DNA from: Squalus acanthias
Taxonomy: Eukaryota
Assembly: GCA_030390025.1 (NCBI GenBank)
Contig: CM059432.1
Coordinates: 85,004,001 to 85,068,000 of the forward strand
DNA length: 64,000 nucleotides
Reading direction: 5' to 3'
The first letter of the stretch is position 1; every line of letters starts with the position of its first letter. Made by a program: the position numbers and the translations under genes. Shown in pieces: positions 51,601 to 64,000 of this stretch. The notes beneath the pieces are model-generated. The model did not search any database, was not told the origin of the DNA, and worked only from the letters and a program-made list of their open reading frames with translations.

Positions 51601-51792
51601 TTTAATTCCCAGTCTTGATTTTTCTGTAGCCATGTCTCAGTAATCCCTACTATGTCTGTTTCCTCGCAACGCATGATTGCCTCCAGCTCCCCTTTTATTA
51701 CGGACACTGTGTGCATTGCTGTACGGACAGATTAATTCATTTTTAATAGCAGTTCCTCTCACTTTATTTTTAACCATCTTTTTAAACTCTTG

Positions 51793-52682
51793 GGGGGAAA
51801 AATTCAGTTGGTTGCGCCTCCCGTTAGTGCCTTAAGAGGGCGCTAATGGGGCGCGAAGCAACTAGCACCCGGGTGCAGCGATGTTTGCGCCGCTCACGAA
51901 ATTAACTAGACATTTTGCGGCGGCGCTAAACAGTACCGCCACGATCCCCTGCGCCGGCAGATCGTGACGTCAGTCGAGTGCGCAACGCCCCGGTAGCGCC
52001 CCGGAGCGGATATTGAGTGGCGCCCCCTGCAGTACCGCCTGCCGCTAGCAACGACAGGTTGAGGGGAGCGTTTTGCAGTCAGGAAGGGGCTGGCCGGAGC
52101 GCTATTTAAAGGTGACCACTTCCTGCCTTTTTTTGTTGGCGACATTTTTGAACCATGAATTCTGAGAGAGAGAGAGACTTCTGGAGAGATTCAACACTGT
52201 GTGAAGGAGTTTTGGGTACTGAGCAGCACTTTGCAGGTTCATTTTGATTTGCCCTTCCTTGTATCGATTTAGAAGAGACTGTGGGGGCTGCACTCTGAGC
52301 TCTTTCCCTGGTACTCTCCATTGTTATTTCCAGCAGATTTGATGTACAGGTCTCTCCAGGCCGAGATTCAAGGCTGCAATGAGCAGGATGTGGATGGAAA
52401 GCAAGATCAACCCTCCCCTTTAAGAACTGGCCGGGGCCATTGTGTCTGTGTTCCATTGCTGACTGACATCACATGAGCTTCGCCAGCGCTCTGAGTTAGC
52501 GCCTCACTCCTCAGCCTTTGCGCCTTAAGACAGATGTGTAGTGCCTGATTTAGCGCTCCAATCACCTCCAGGGGCGATAAAAGTCAAGTTTGCAGTCAGA
52601 GGCGTTAATTAGCGCCAGGCGCTAATCTTTGCGCCCGGCCGATAATTGTGCCCCAAACGGGGCGATACTGAATTTTTCTCCC
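51793..52682. mobile_element. MITE, inverted copy of 30450-31342
   Basis: Colinear reverse-complement similarity; TTG/CTG flanks. Confidence 0.9.
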
Positions 52683-53970
52683 CTGTTCTATAACTCTATT
52701 TTATTATCTGGCCATCAATGTCCTCCCTTAATTTACTCTTTCCTATACTCTTCTTTCCATTTTTGTTTATATTTAGGCTGGTTTCATTTCTTGTAGATCC
52801 CTCCCCCCGTCTTAGTAGTTTAAAGCCTTTGCCACCTCCCTATTTTCCTTTCTGCTAGGACACGGGTCCCATCCCAGTTCAGGTGGAGCCTGTCCCATCG
52901 ATACAGCTCCTTTCTGTCCCAGTACTGGTGCCAGTGTCCCATGAAAAGGAACCCCTCGTTCCCACACCATCCCTTTAGCCAAGTGATAATTCTCCTGATC
53001 TGACTGTTTCTATGCCAATTTGCATGTGGCTCGGGCAGTAATCCAGAGATTATTACCCTCGAGGTCCTGCTTTTAATTTAGCTCCTAACTCCTGATATTC
53101 CCCCAACAGGACCTCCTCCCTGTTCTGACCTAAGTCGTTTGTTCCGACATGGACCACGACACCTGGATTTACCCCCTCCCCTTCCAAATTCCTTCCAGCC
53201 GCCACGAGATATCTCTTACCCTGGCACCACAGTCTTCGTTCTTGGCTGCAGAGGATGCTATCTATCCCCCTAATTATAGAATCCTCTATCACTACCACAT
53301 TTCTATTCTGCTCTTCCCCCCCTTGGACAACGTTTTGAGCCATGGTGCCTTGGCCTGCATTGTGGCTGTCCTCCCCGCAGTCTTTCTCCTTGTCCTCACA
53401 GGTAGTGAGTACATCGTACCTGTTGGACAGGACCAGTGTCTGCAGGACCTCCTTCTTAACCTCTCCTAAGTCCCTGCTACCCGGCACCCTAACAGTCACA
53501 CCCTCCCTTTCCTGAACTGTTCTTTCCTCTGGGGTATGATTGTATTCTGGATAAAACTATCCAGAAATTCCTCCCCGTCACTTATGTTTCGGAGTGTCAC
53601 TAACTCGCGCTCCAGCTCAATGACTCTGAGCCGGAGTGACTGAAGGCAGAGACATTTCCTGCAGATGTGGGAATCCGGGACAATCTCACTGTCCACAAAC
53701 TCCCACGTACTACAGTCCCGATGCATAGCCTGCCCGACCATCTCTAGATTTTTTAAATTTATTTGCTTATTTAATTAAAGTTTTTAATCAAACGATTATT
53801 TATAGTTATATTAATTAATTAGTTTATCTAGTTAAATTAATATTTAATAATGTAATAGTTATAGTTCCCCAGCTCATAGTTTTAAAAAAAACTGTAATGC
53901 TCACCAACCCATCACCTACCTGTTGTTCTCTGATGTCACTCCTTGTTTTTTCTGTTTTTTAAATCGCCGC

Positions 53971-54167
53971 TCAGGTCCGCTGTGACCTGGGCCTTCTCCG
54001 CTCCTGCTCTTTATGTTGCTGCCACCACTCCCATTCAGGTCCGCTGTGACCTGGGCCTTCTCTGCTCCCACTCTTTATGTTGCTGCTGTCGCTCCCATTC
54101 AGGTCCACTGTGTCCTGGGCCTTCTCTCCTGCTCTTTATGTTGCTGCCGCTGCTCCCACTCAGGTCC
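53971..54167 (-). repeat. About 63-bp tandem repeat x3 at the CR1 5' end
   Basis: TCAGGTCCGCTGTGACCTGGGCCTTCTC...CTTTATGTTGCTGC units. Confidence 0.85.
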
Positions 54168-55018
54168 ACATGTGGAAACTAACGCTGTGTTTTCGGATGA
54201 TGTCGCCAGGCGGCAACATGTAGATGAGAAATAGGAGATGGCCAAGGATAGATCCTTGGGGGACACCAGAGGTAACAATGCGAGAGCAAGAAGAAAAACC
54301 ATTGCAGGTGATTCTCTGGCTATGATTAAATAGATAAGAATGGAACCAGGCGAGTGCAGTCCCGCCCAGCTGGAAGACAGTGGAGAGGCGTTGGAGGAGG
54401 ATGGAGGTCAACCGTGTCAAAGGCTGCAGACAAGTCAAGAAGGATGAAGAGGGATAGTTTACCTTTGTCACAGTCACAAAGGATGTAATTTGTGACTTTG
54501 ATGAGAGCTGTTTCGGTACTGTGGCAGGGGTGGAAACCTGATTGGAGTGATTCAAACATGGGGTTGCGAGAAAGATGGGCACGGATTTGTGAGGTGGCAA
54601 TACATTCAAGGACTTTGGAGAGGAAAGGGAGGTTGGAGATGGGGTGGCAGTTTGCAAGGACAGAGGGGTCAAGGTTTGGATTTTTGAGGAGGGGTGTAAT
54701 GATGGCAGATTTGAGACCGAGGGTGACAGTACCTGAGGACAGAGAACTGTTAACAATGTCAGCTAACATGGGAGCCAGAAAAGGAAGTTGGGTGGTCAGC
54801 AGTTTGCTGGGTATAGGGTCGAGGGAGCAGGAAGTGTGTCTCATGGACAAGATGAGCGCGGAGAGGTCATGAGGAGAGATTAAAGAGAAACTGGAGAAAG
54901 ATGTGAGTTCAGGGCTAGGGCAAGGGGGGAACTTTAGAGAAAGTCTGGCCAGTGGGCTTGGGGAAGGAAGGGAAGTGGCAGAGGCAGCTGAACGGATGGT
55001 CTCAATTTTAGAGACAAA

Positions 55019-56130
55019 GGGGGAGAAATTCATTATAGCCCCGTTTGCGACGCTAAAACTTTAAAAGTTGAACAATTAGCTACAGGTGCTAAACATTCTC
55101 GCCTCCCTTGAAATTCAGTTTTAGCGCTCCAAGAGGGAAGTGGAGCACTAAATCAAGCGCTAACCACTTCTCTTAGGGCGCTAAACTGTGTGAGAGGGGC
55201 AGTAGTGGCAGAGCGCTGAAGAATGTGGCATAGTGGTTAGCACGGTGGCATAGTGGTTAGCACTGTTACCTCACAGCGCCAGGGACCCGGGTTCGAATCC
55301 GGCCACGGGTGACTGTCTGTGTGGAGTTTGCACATTCTCCCCGTGTCTGCGTGGGTTTCCTCCGGGTGCTCCGGTTTCCTCCCACAGTCCAAAGATGTGC
55401 GGGTTAGGTTGATTTGGCTATGATAAATTGACCCTTAGTGTTAGGGGGGGATTAAATACGTGGGGTTACGGGGATAGGGTGGGATATGTGTCGGTGCAGG
55501 CTCGATGGGCCGAAATGGCCTCTATCTGCACTGTGGGGATTCTGTGATTCTGTGAATGTGCAGTGCAGTGCCATCGACATCAGAGGCTCCTTCCCTCGCT
55601 TAAAGGGAAGGGCCAATGATGGTTTGCAACATTCTTCGTCTTAGTTCTGTGGGGCCAGGGGACCTGCGTGACTTCCAATACAGCCCCAATCACTCTCAGA
55701 GAGTGGAGGGCTTAGGCATCGCGCAGCAATGAGGCTTCAAAAACTTTCAGCAGGCACCAGACTGGTGTGAAGAATAAAGTTTGGCCTATCTGACCACCAT
55801 TGCCTTTAATTACCGTTCCCCAAGCGGCCAGCTAAAGTGACAACGCCTCCTGTTGCTGCCGTTGTTGACGCCCAGCGATACAGCAGGGGGCGGGAGCGAA
55901 TTTCACATCCGGGGCGGTAACGGGACACTGCGCACTTGGTGACATCACAATCTACGGGGCGCTAGAGACCGAGGCGGTAAGTGATAGCACCAGCGCAATA
56001 CTGCCAGGGCAGTTCGCGGGCATCGCTAAATTCACCGCACCCGGTCGGTAACCCTTTAGCGCCCCGTTACCACACCCCCTCCCTCCCGCAGGCACTAATG
56101 GGAGGCGCAAAGCAGCCAAATTTCTAGCCC
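55019..56130. mobile_element. Harbinger-type MITE in the L2, carrying a SINE
   Basis: GGGGGAGAAATT / AATTTCTAGCCC; AAA/ATA flanks; L2 frame rejoins. Confidence 0.85.
55228..55553 (+). mobile_element. tRNA-derived V-SINE (HE1-like, elasmobranch)
   Basis: A box TGGCATAGTGG, B box GGTTCGAATCC; V-domain TGTGTGGAGTTTGCACATTCTCCCCGTGTCTGCGTGGGTTTCCTCCGGGTGCTCCGGTTTCCTCCCAC; CR1-like 3' tail; GAATGTG TSD. Confidence 0.92.
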
Positions 56131-57041
56131 ATAGAAGTCCATGAACTCCTCACACTTGTTGTCGGAGGTGAGGGTGGAGGAAACAGGGAAGAGGGGTTTA
56201 AGAAGATGGTTAGCAGTAGAGAATAGAAGCCGGGGTTTATCTTTGCATTCCAGAATGATTCTGGAATAGTGAGCAGTTTTGGCAGATGAGAGCAGGACCC
56301 GCTAATGCTTTATGTGGACCAGCCAGATCTGGCAGTGAATGGCTAAACCAGTTGTCCGCCATATCTGTTCAAGTCTGCGTCCTTTTGGACTTAAGGGAGC
56401 GAAGGTGAGGGCCGTACCAGGGGAAACGGACAGTGTGAGAGAGGGTAATTGTTTTAATAGGGACTAGGGCATCAAAGGTGGTGATGAGGGTGTGGTTGAA
56501 CTGTGTATGCGAGGCCATGCAGCAAATTTAAAGGTACAACGCACAAAAAACAAATTAGAGGGAACATTGAATATAACCCCAAATTTATCGCAGCCCGCCT
56601 GATGCGAAAAGGATGGGCAGGTAGTTACAATGGTAGTGGGGGCTTCATGCCGTGTTCCCGCAGCATTCCCGTCCCACTCCATTTTAACTGCGATAATACT
56701 GGCAGTCTCCATAACGCAATTTTAATTCCCGGGATCGGGAACTGGCAGCAATCAGCACTGGGCCAGAAGAGGCCCGATGCGGATTGTTTTTGCTGTTCGT
56801 AAGTTGTTTTAAAAATATTTTCTTAAGGTTCCTTGTGGCTCAGGAGAAGCAGGAGTACTTCTCCTGGGCCAACAAGTTAACTTTGGGCCTCCTCTCCCCC
56901 GGAATTTCTTGCCTCCCTTCTCTAGCTGCAAACTGCCCGGATCCCTCATCCTCAATTTACCTTGCTGAGGACCAGCGGTGTCGGCCTCCCACCATATTTC
57001 CTGCTCTTGCCCACCAGCTCTTACATCAGTCCTGCAGGCTT

Positions 57042-58172
57042 CATAGAATAGAAGAAAGTTACAGCACGGAAGGAAGCCATTTCGGCCCATCGTGTCCGCG
57101 CTGGCCAACAAAGAGCTATCCAGCCTAATCCCACTTCCCAGCTCTTGGTCCGTAGCCCTGCAGGTTACAGCATCCCAAGTACACATCCAAGTACTTTTTA
57201 AATGTGGTTAGGGTTTCTGCCTCTCCCACCCTTTCAGGTAGTGAGTTCCAGACCCCCACAACCCTCTGGGTGAAGAAATTTCCCCTCAAATCCCCTCTAA
57301 ACCTTCCACCAATTACTTTAAATCTGTGCCCCCTGGTTTTTGACCCCTCTGCTAAGGGAAATAGGTCCTTTCTATCCACTTTATCTAGGCCCCTCATAAT
57401 TTTATACACCTCAATAAGGTCTCCCCTCAGCCTCCTCTGTTCCAAGGAAAACAAACCCAGCCTATCCAGTCTTTCCTCATAGCTAAGATTCTCTACTCTC
57501 GGCAACATCCTTGTAAATCTCCTCTGTATCCTCTCTAGTGCAATCACATCTTTCCTGTAATGTGGTGACCAGAACTGCACGCAGTAGTCTAGCTGAGGCC
57601 TAACTAGTGTTTTATACAGTTGAAGCATAACCCCACTGCTCTTGTATTCTATGCCACGGCTAATAAAGGCAAGCATTCCGTATGCCTTCTTAACCACCTT
57701 ATCTACCTGGCCTGCTACCTTCAGGGATCTGTGGACATGCACTCCAAGGTCCCTTTGTTCCTCTACACTACTCAGTGTCCTACCATTTAATGTGTATTCC
57801 CTTTCCTTGTTAGCCCTCCCCAATTGCATTACCTCACACTTCTCCGGATTGAATTCCATTTGCCACTGTTCTGCCCAGCTGACCAATTTATTGATATCTT
57901 CCTGCAGTCTGCAGCTTCCTTCTTCAGTATCAACCACACAGCCGATTTTAGTATCATCTGCAAACTTCTTAATCATACCCCCTATATTCAAGTCTAGATC
58001 ATTGATATATACCACAAAAAGCAAGGGACCTAGTACTGAACCCTGCGGAACCCCACTGGAAACAGCCTTCCAGTCACAAAAACACCCAACAACCATTACC
58101 CTCTGCTTCCTGCCTCCGAGCCAGTTTTGTATCCAACTTGACACTTTGCCCTGGATCCCATGGGCTTTTAAC
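57042..58172 (-). mobile_element. 5'-truncated CR1; 339-codon RT C-terminal ORF still open
   Basis: [31 protein letters not shown]. Confidence 0.95.
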
Positions 58173-58612
58173 TTCAGGCAGAAGATACAGCAGAGAAATG
58201 TAACAGAGTCCCATAATTTAAAATGGCCTGGGCTTCACACCGAGGAGCCCGTGGTGGTTTCCCTCATCCCCCTCCCACTCCAAACGCACATAGAGTTAAA
58301 ATCAGCCTTCATATTTCCACCCCCATTTCTAGACACAAGGCCATGCCAGAGAACAAGCCTATGCTGGGGCATATTGGTGGTAGGATGATGGCCTGAGCCT
58401 GGAAATGCGGGAGAATCCAATTCACTGCGGGCGGATGCATTTCAGGTATGCTTCACCAAAGTAGTGCCAAGGCACAGGGATCACCAAAATTGGCCCCGAT
58501 ATCATTTGATTTTTTAACTAACAGGATTTAACTCGCACTTTAATTAATTCAGTGACATGTGTTGATGTGTTTGTAGTGAAAGAATTGAATACAATTATTT
58601 GTATTCCTTAAT

Positions 58613-60934
58613 GGGCCAGAAATTCGGGTCGGAGGCTTCCCGCGGGTGCAAGCCCCCAACCTGCACTTGCCTAGCGCGCCTGCCGTTGTGCTTCGGGCCC
58701 ACGTGGAATTCCGATCCTGGGCATCCTCCAGCTGCCGGCACGCAGTGCTTGCGTATCCCAGGGGCGCAGTTAGTTCGAAGCGTCCCCTGGGATCACGTGG
58801 GCCATGGAGAGCCAATCGGAGCAGGGAATCTCCATTCATAGATTTGACAGGAAGACCTGTCAAATCTGTAAGGGGTTCGGGTGGCTCTGTGCTTAGCCTG
58901 GGTGCTAGTGCGGGGTTAGGCCTTGTTGCCTGTTCTGGTCTCCAGCCAGCCTGGTAGCACTAGACACCTGTGAGTGGTTCGACCCACTCGCCCTTACGGT
59001 TCTGACACTGGACTTAGGTGCGAGAGCAGTAATGCAGAGAAAACTCAGGTAGACCCGGTTGAATAGTACGAAATGGAAAATCTTTATTGCATATTGTTCA
59101 AGATTACGAAATACATGTCATAAGCACAGATTAATGACAGTACAAGCTTACATACATTTATGCAACTAGGTTTAGGGAAACGAGGAGCGCACGACACATC
59201 GTAAAAGGGGACACACATTATAATTATCCTTAAAACAAAATCCCTCCCCTATAAATACCTGTCCTAATCTAGATCTGTAGGATCGAGAACCATGCTCACC
59301 ACTCGTGATAACTCAGAGAATTCTAAAACGATGCTCGGATGTTTTCGCCACAGCACCTGACTATTCACGTGTTGATCAGGGGTCTCTGTACCCCACTTGT
59401 TTACTCGCTGTGCTCCGGCTAGCAGGCTGGACCGTCTGCTGTCATGAAGATCTGTGTTGACCTCGGATTTCTGATAAAACTCAAAGAAGAGTCTTCCTGT
59501 GCCCGACACCGGTTGGCAGTAGAATTCGTGTGGTAACCTGTAAATGGTCTTTATAGTACGGGCGCGGTCGGGGTTTACTGACCGCGGCGGCACGTGTAGT
59601 CGTCTTGTTCTTCTTCTTGTCTTGTTTCGTTTCGTCGGGCCTTCGGGTCCCTACACCATTTACCGACCCTCGGGATGGTGCACCCGCTTACCGGCCTTCG
59701 CAGCCCAGCTCTTCACAGATCTTCGCGGCAAGCCACGAGGTTGACTCCCGGAAGATCAGCGGACCAAGAGCTCGGTGGGCAGCAAGCAAGGGCCAGGAGT
59801 CCAGAGCATAAGCGAGTCAAGAGAAAGATGGATGTTTGTTTACTACAGTTATAGTACTGTAATTCTTTATCTCCCGCCCAATCTTAATGTTCATCTTTTG
59901 TCATGTTTTGCCGCTCAAACTTCTTGTATGGGGTGGTTCTTGTTGTTAATGGGTTTCGGTGATACTTGTAACTGTCTAAGTACCCGTTAATATTTCTCCC
60001 ATTGTGGAACTGGCTAGGAGTCTCCCTGGAGGGGTTTTTGGGGGCCTCCGAATTCTTGTTGTGAGTACCCGCGAACGGCTCTCTCATCGTAGAGCCGTGG
60101 GGAATTTGCGTATCAATGTCTTTGGATGGGCCCTTGATTGCCCAGTACAATAGCCCCCGTTTGTGTATGGAAAACCGATTCCAACACTTATATTTCTTGC
60201 TTAGGTGTTAGAAATGCAGAACAATCGCGTCTTCTCTTATATCAATATGCTGAGCACTGTCCGATCTTGCTGAAATGTTTATTGAAACACCATCTTGTCT
60301 GCCTACTGAGAAATCTGGAACCTTCTGCCACGAGGCGCGGCGGCCATTTTAAAGGCTTCTTGTGTCCGTTTTTGAACCTGACAGCATTTTGCTAAAATAA
60401 AGCTGTTTTTACGAAACTGTATGTCTCTATCTCGTTATTTCGAAATCGCGATAATTTGCGAATTCTACAAATCTATGAATAGAGATCGGCCCCAAAACCT
60501 AACTAAAACTTCAAATACATTTTTAAAAAAACATCACATTTTTAAAATAACTATAAATTACAAAAATAACTATTTTAAACAATAATTTAAATTTTTGAAA
60601 AAATTAATTACAGTTTTTAACGGGGCTAAAAATAAACTTACCTTTCTTTAAAGTATTTAAAAATAATAACCTGTGGAAAAAATGTTTTAATTTTAGTTAA
60701 TTCACCACTTACCTTGTTAAAAGCATGCCTTGCGCCTGCTTTTTCCCCGCGCAGCTGCTGGGGACTTACCCTCACACAGAAACCTGAAAAAAAACGGAAG
60801 TCCGCTGCGTGCGCGCGGTTGACCCTTGAACCCTTCCTTCATGAGACCGGAAGTTCCGGTTTCCCGTACTTCCGGTGGCCCTACGGGTGAGTACACAGCG
60901 TGTACTCACCCGTGAGGACCCGAATTTCTGCCCC
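58613..60934. mobile_element. MITE of the ~740-bp family, split by a solo LTR
   Basis: GGGCCAGAAATTC / GAATTTCTGCCCC; colinear with 61595-62359 once 58867-60469 is removed. Confidence 0.88.
58867..60469 (-). mobile_element. Solo LTR (1603 bp) of a third LTR family
   Basis: TGTA...TACA; AATC TSD (58863-58866, 60470-60473); minus-strand AATAAA near 59085; promoter module resembles the provirus LTR. Confidence 0.85.
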
Positions 60935-61139
60935 ATTATCTTTTAAAACCCCTCCATTCACCCTCACCAGCATCAGCTGATGTAGCAGTGTTGCAAAGAA
61001 ACAGTAGTGAAAATAGTCCCAGCCTTTCATTGATTATCCAACTGAAGGAAATCAATAATAGATCTTATTTAATGAATAAGATTTACAAGGTGTAAAGATA
61101 ACTATTCTACAGCTGCCAAATAGGTAGCAATTTTTATGT

Positions 61140-61440
61140 TTTAGATTTTCTGCCATTGACCAGAAACTCAACTGGATGAGCCACAAAAGTGCTGTGACTA
61201 CTAGAGCAGGTCAGAGACAGGGTATTCTGCAGCAAGTGGCTCACCTCTTGACTCCCCAAAGCCTCTCCACCACATACAGAGCACAGTGGAATACTTTCCA
61301 CTTGCCTGGATGAGTGCAGCTGCAACAACACTCAAGAAGCTCGACACCATCCAGGACAAAGCAGCCCATCCACCACCTTAAATATCAACTCTCTTCACCA
61401 CTGCCGCATAGTGGCTGCAGTGCATACCATCTACAGTCAT
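61140..61440 (+). mobile_element. Old non-LTR retrotransposon RT C-terminal fragment
   Basis: Decayed ...LTPQSLSTTY..EY.PLAWMSAAATTLKKLDTIQDKAA; clade not determined. Confidence 0.65.
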
Positions 61441-61594
61441 CTTTGGTGAATTCCAGCCTGCTTGAGTACCACCCTTGAGGGAAGTGAGAGGGCGTGGGGA
61501 ACAGTGAATGGAGGGTTAAGGGCAAGGTCAGTGACAGCAGAGCAAGGGGGAGGGGAGGAGGGGTTGAATGAATGTTCAATGAGGAAAAGATAAC

Positions 61595-62359
61595 GGGCCA
61601 GAAATTAGGCTCCCTGGCTTCCCGCGGGTGCAAGGATCCTGCGCGCACCTACCTACCGCGCCTGCCGTTGACCTCTGGGCCCACGGGGACTTCGGCTCCT
61701 GGGCCTCCTGCAGCTGCCGGCGCGCAGTGCTTGTGTATCCCAGGGGTGTAGTTAGTGCGATGCGTCCCCTGGGATCACGTGGGCCATGGAGAGCCAATGG
61801 CAGCAGACCATCTTTCATTCATAGATTTGACAGGAAGACCTGTCAAATCTATGAATTGAAATCGGCCCCAAAACAACACCTAAACTTCAAATATATGTTT
61901 TAAAAACCCATCTCATTTTTAAAATAACTATAAGTTAAATAAATTAACTACTTTAAACAAAAATTAAAATTTTTGAAAAAATTAAAATACTTTTTAACAG
62001 TGCTAAAAATAAACTTACCTTTCTTTAAAGTATCTAAAAAAGATAAACCTGTTGAAAAATTTTTTAAATTGTAATTAATTAACCACTTACCTTGTTAAAA
62101 ACAGGTCTTGCGCCTCCTTTTTAAAAGCGCAGCTTTTTCAATACTTACCTTCCCGGAGAAACCTGAAAAAAACCTAAGTTCGCTGCGTGCGCGCAGCCTC
62201 TCCCGCGCACGCGGTTCACCTCTCAACCCCTCCCTTCAGGGGAACGGAAGTTCCGGTTCCCCACGCATGTGCAGTGCATGCAGGAAACCGGCACTTCAGG
62301 TGGCCTTACGAGTGAGTACACAGCGCGTACTCGCCCGGCAAGTGCCGAATTTCTGGCCC
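61595..62359. mobile_element. About 765-bp MITE copy
   Basis: GGGCCAGAAATT / AATTTCTGGCCC; AAC/AAT flanks. Confidence 0.9.
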
Positions 62360-63049
62360 AATGGTAGTGATAGAACTGAATGGGTGGTAGGAAGGTGAAT
62401 GGGTAGTGGGAAGATGAAGGGGATTGACAGATGCAGTAAAGAAGAGACAGAGAGAAGCAGCAACACAAGGATAGGTAAGAGAGTGACCATATTCTCTGAC
62501 TTAACATGGTGACACCACAGCAAATTGACTAGTATAAGTAATAACATAAAAGTTGAACGAATGACAAAATGTAGTCATATAATAAAACAGCTGTTGCAAA
62601 TCTGCCAAAAGCATTTATTCCACGAATGACCATTTGCAAAACTAAATTACATTTTAGTAGAACAGGAGATTGGTGAATGGGAGTTTTACTGTAATGCATT
62701 TTTATTTCACTTGGTGGGGCTAAAGTGTAATCACTCCAGCCATAAGAAAGACATGAAAAGCTCCTTCAAGGCTCCAGAACTGTTCAGTTTTGTATCACAG
62801 AACACTGTATCCCATTGGCACAAGAATTGTCTCATTTACTTAAAAATGATTACGATGTTTGTCCTCTTGAACATCATTCCGAGCTAATTAACGTGAGGTA
62901 ATCCCTATATTAAAAGTGCAGTATGTATTTGACTATGGTTATTAAACAAGCAAAATATTAAAATGTTATTAAAATATATCACTTCCAGTGTTTAACCACA
63001 TGCAATTCACTAGATGAAATTATAAAGGAATAGTGATAATGTAGATAGG

Positions 63050-63690
63050 TGTGGGGTGGAGGTGTTGTGACTTGAGCAGTTGATGAGGCTAGTGGTGCAG
63101 CTGTTAGGATGTGCCATTTGAACATTGAACTCACCTTGACAACTGGTGTCAAATCATTAAACTTCTTCATACACTGCATCCATGTTCTTGGAGCTATACA
63201 TCTGGCATTGACCTCCACCGTTACTTCCTCCCACTGCCTCCTGAGCATATGTCTCAAGGGCCTCCTGCCCACCCCCTGCCCACTGCCCCCCATTCCCTGC
63301 CCTGTGGATACAGGTTGCTCTCCTTCCCTCCACCTCCTGCACCAAGGCCTCCAGTGCAGCATCAGAAAACCTTGGTACACGTTCACTCGCAGTTGAGCCA
63401 CCTTGACAAAATTCTTCAAAATCAATTCAGTTCCTGACACCACTTCCAGCAACTGCAATGCACCTCCCCTTTAAGAGGTGCAGGCTGCCTTTAAGTAGCA
63501 TTAGCCACTCACAATTTTGGGCCTCCTGCTAATACAATGAACAGCGTGGGTCACGCTAGCTGCATGCAACAACCATGGAAATTAGCAGGCAGCACGAATT
63601 TAATCTGCTGCCGGCAACACAATGAATAAGTGTGACAGCAATTTTGAGTGCAAAAGCAAAGGGACATTAAGGAGACAGATTTTTGGCCGA
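63050..63690 (-). mobile_element. Degenerate Harbinger fragment with Myb exon 1
   Basis: RRQWEEVTVEVNARCIAPRTWMQCMKKFNDL followed by a GTGAGT donor; boundaries approximate. Confidence 0.75.
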
Positions 63691-63848
63691 GGTGATTCTA
63701 ACGGAGAGTGGTGCTAGTTCTTATGTATGCTGTTGCTTTCGTTCTTTGTTCTTTTATTTATTTTGTTTGCTTTGTTGCAAAATTTATAACATACAAATAG
63801 CTTTTTGCAGTATGTTTGTTGTAAGCAACTGAACTGTGCTGACATATT

Positions 63849-64000
63849 GGGCTGAATTTTAATCTGCAGGAGCGCGTGGGTTTGGGTGCGGGTCGGGGGG
63901 GGGGTTAAAACTGGCAAAATTGACAGCACGTCGGGAAGCCAGATCCAACCTGCCGACTTCCACATTTCACTGCAGCGCATTAGGCTGTGTGCAAGTAACC
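63849..64000. mobile_element. Start of another Harbinger-type element running off the window
   Basis: GGGCTGAATTTTAA terminus followed by a GC-rich subterminal region. Confidence 0.6.

Larger units (their letters stand above)
40701..54167 (-). mobile_element. Full-length CR1 LINE (5' UTR repeats, ORF1, ORF2) with nested elements
   Basis: ACAT TSD (40697-40700, 54168-54171); ORF1 zinc-finger/esterase from 53741; APE 51124-51519; RT 40885-42300; ACATAGGAT tail. Confidence 0.9.
39731..56515 (-). mobile_element. L2-clade LINE in three pieces (39731-40700, 54172-55018, 56134-~56515)
   Basis: (AAC)n tail; [69 protein letters not shown] rejoins. Confidence 0.9.

Noticed and set aside
55228..55310. 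tRNA gene
   Set aside because: It is the tRNA-derived head of a V-SINE with body, tail and TSD

Overview
Eukaryotic, almost entirely transposon-derived DNA, very probably from a shark or ray: it carries an HE1-type V-SINE plus CR1 and L2 LINEs typical of elasmobranchs. No host gene can be called with confidence. The main feature is a complete but decayed provirus at 17550-34434. It has 1.7-kb LTRs, an ATGG target-site duplication (TSD), a tRNA-Arg PBS, coiled-coil gag with a CCHC knuckle, and pol in the order PR-RT-tether-RNaseH-IN. Its env resembles a class I fusion protein, so it looks like a lokiretrovirus-type element. Reconstruction suggests (i) an N-terminal immunoglobulin V-like domain on Env, (ii) gag ending in PSAPP followed by a UGA-CUAG readthrough into pol, and (iii) a splice donor folded into a hairpin within a very long R region. 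The provirus sits inside the Myb/SANT gene of a PIF/Harbinger transposon and is itself interrupted by a CR1 that contains a MITE. Two more LTR relics lie at 36972-38991 and 58867-60469. The rest is several Harbinger elements, at least three Harbinger-type MITE families, CR1 and L2 LINEs and a SINE, nested up to four deep; most junctions resolve by TSD. All family assignments come from motif recognition by eye, with no database searches.
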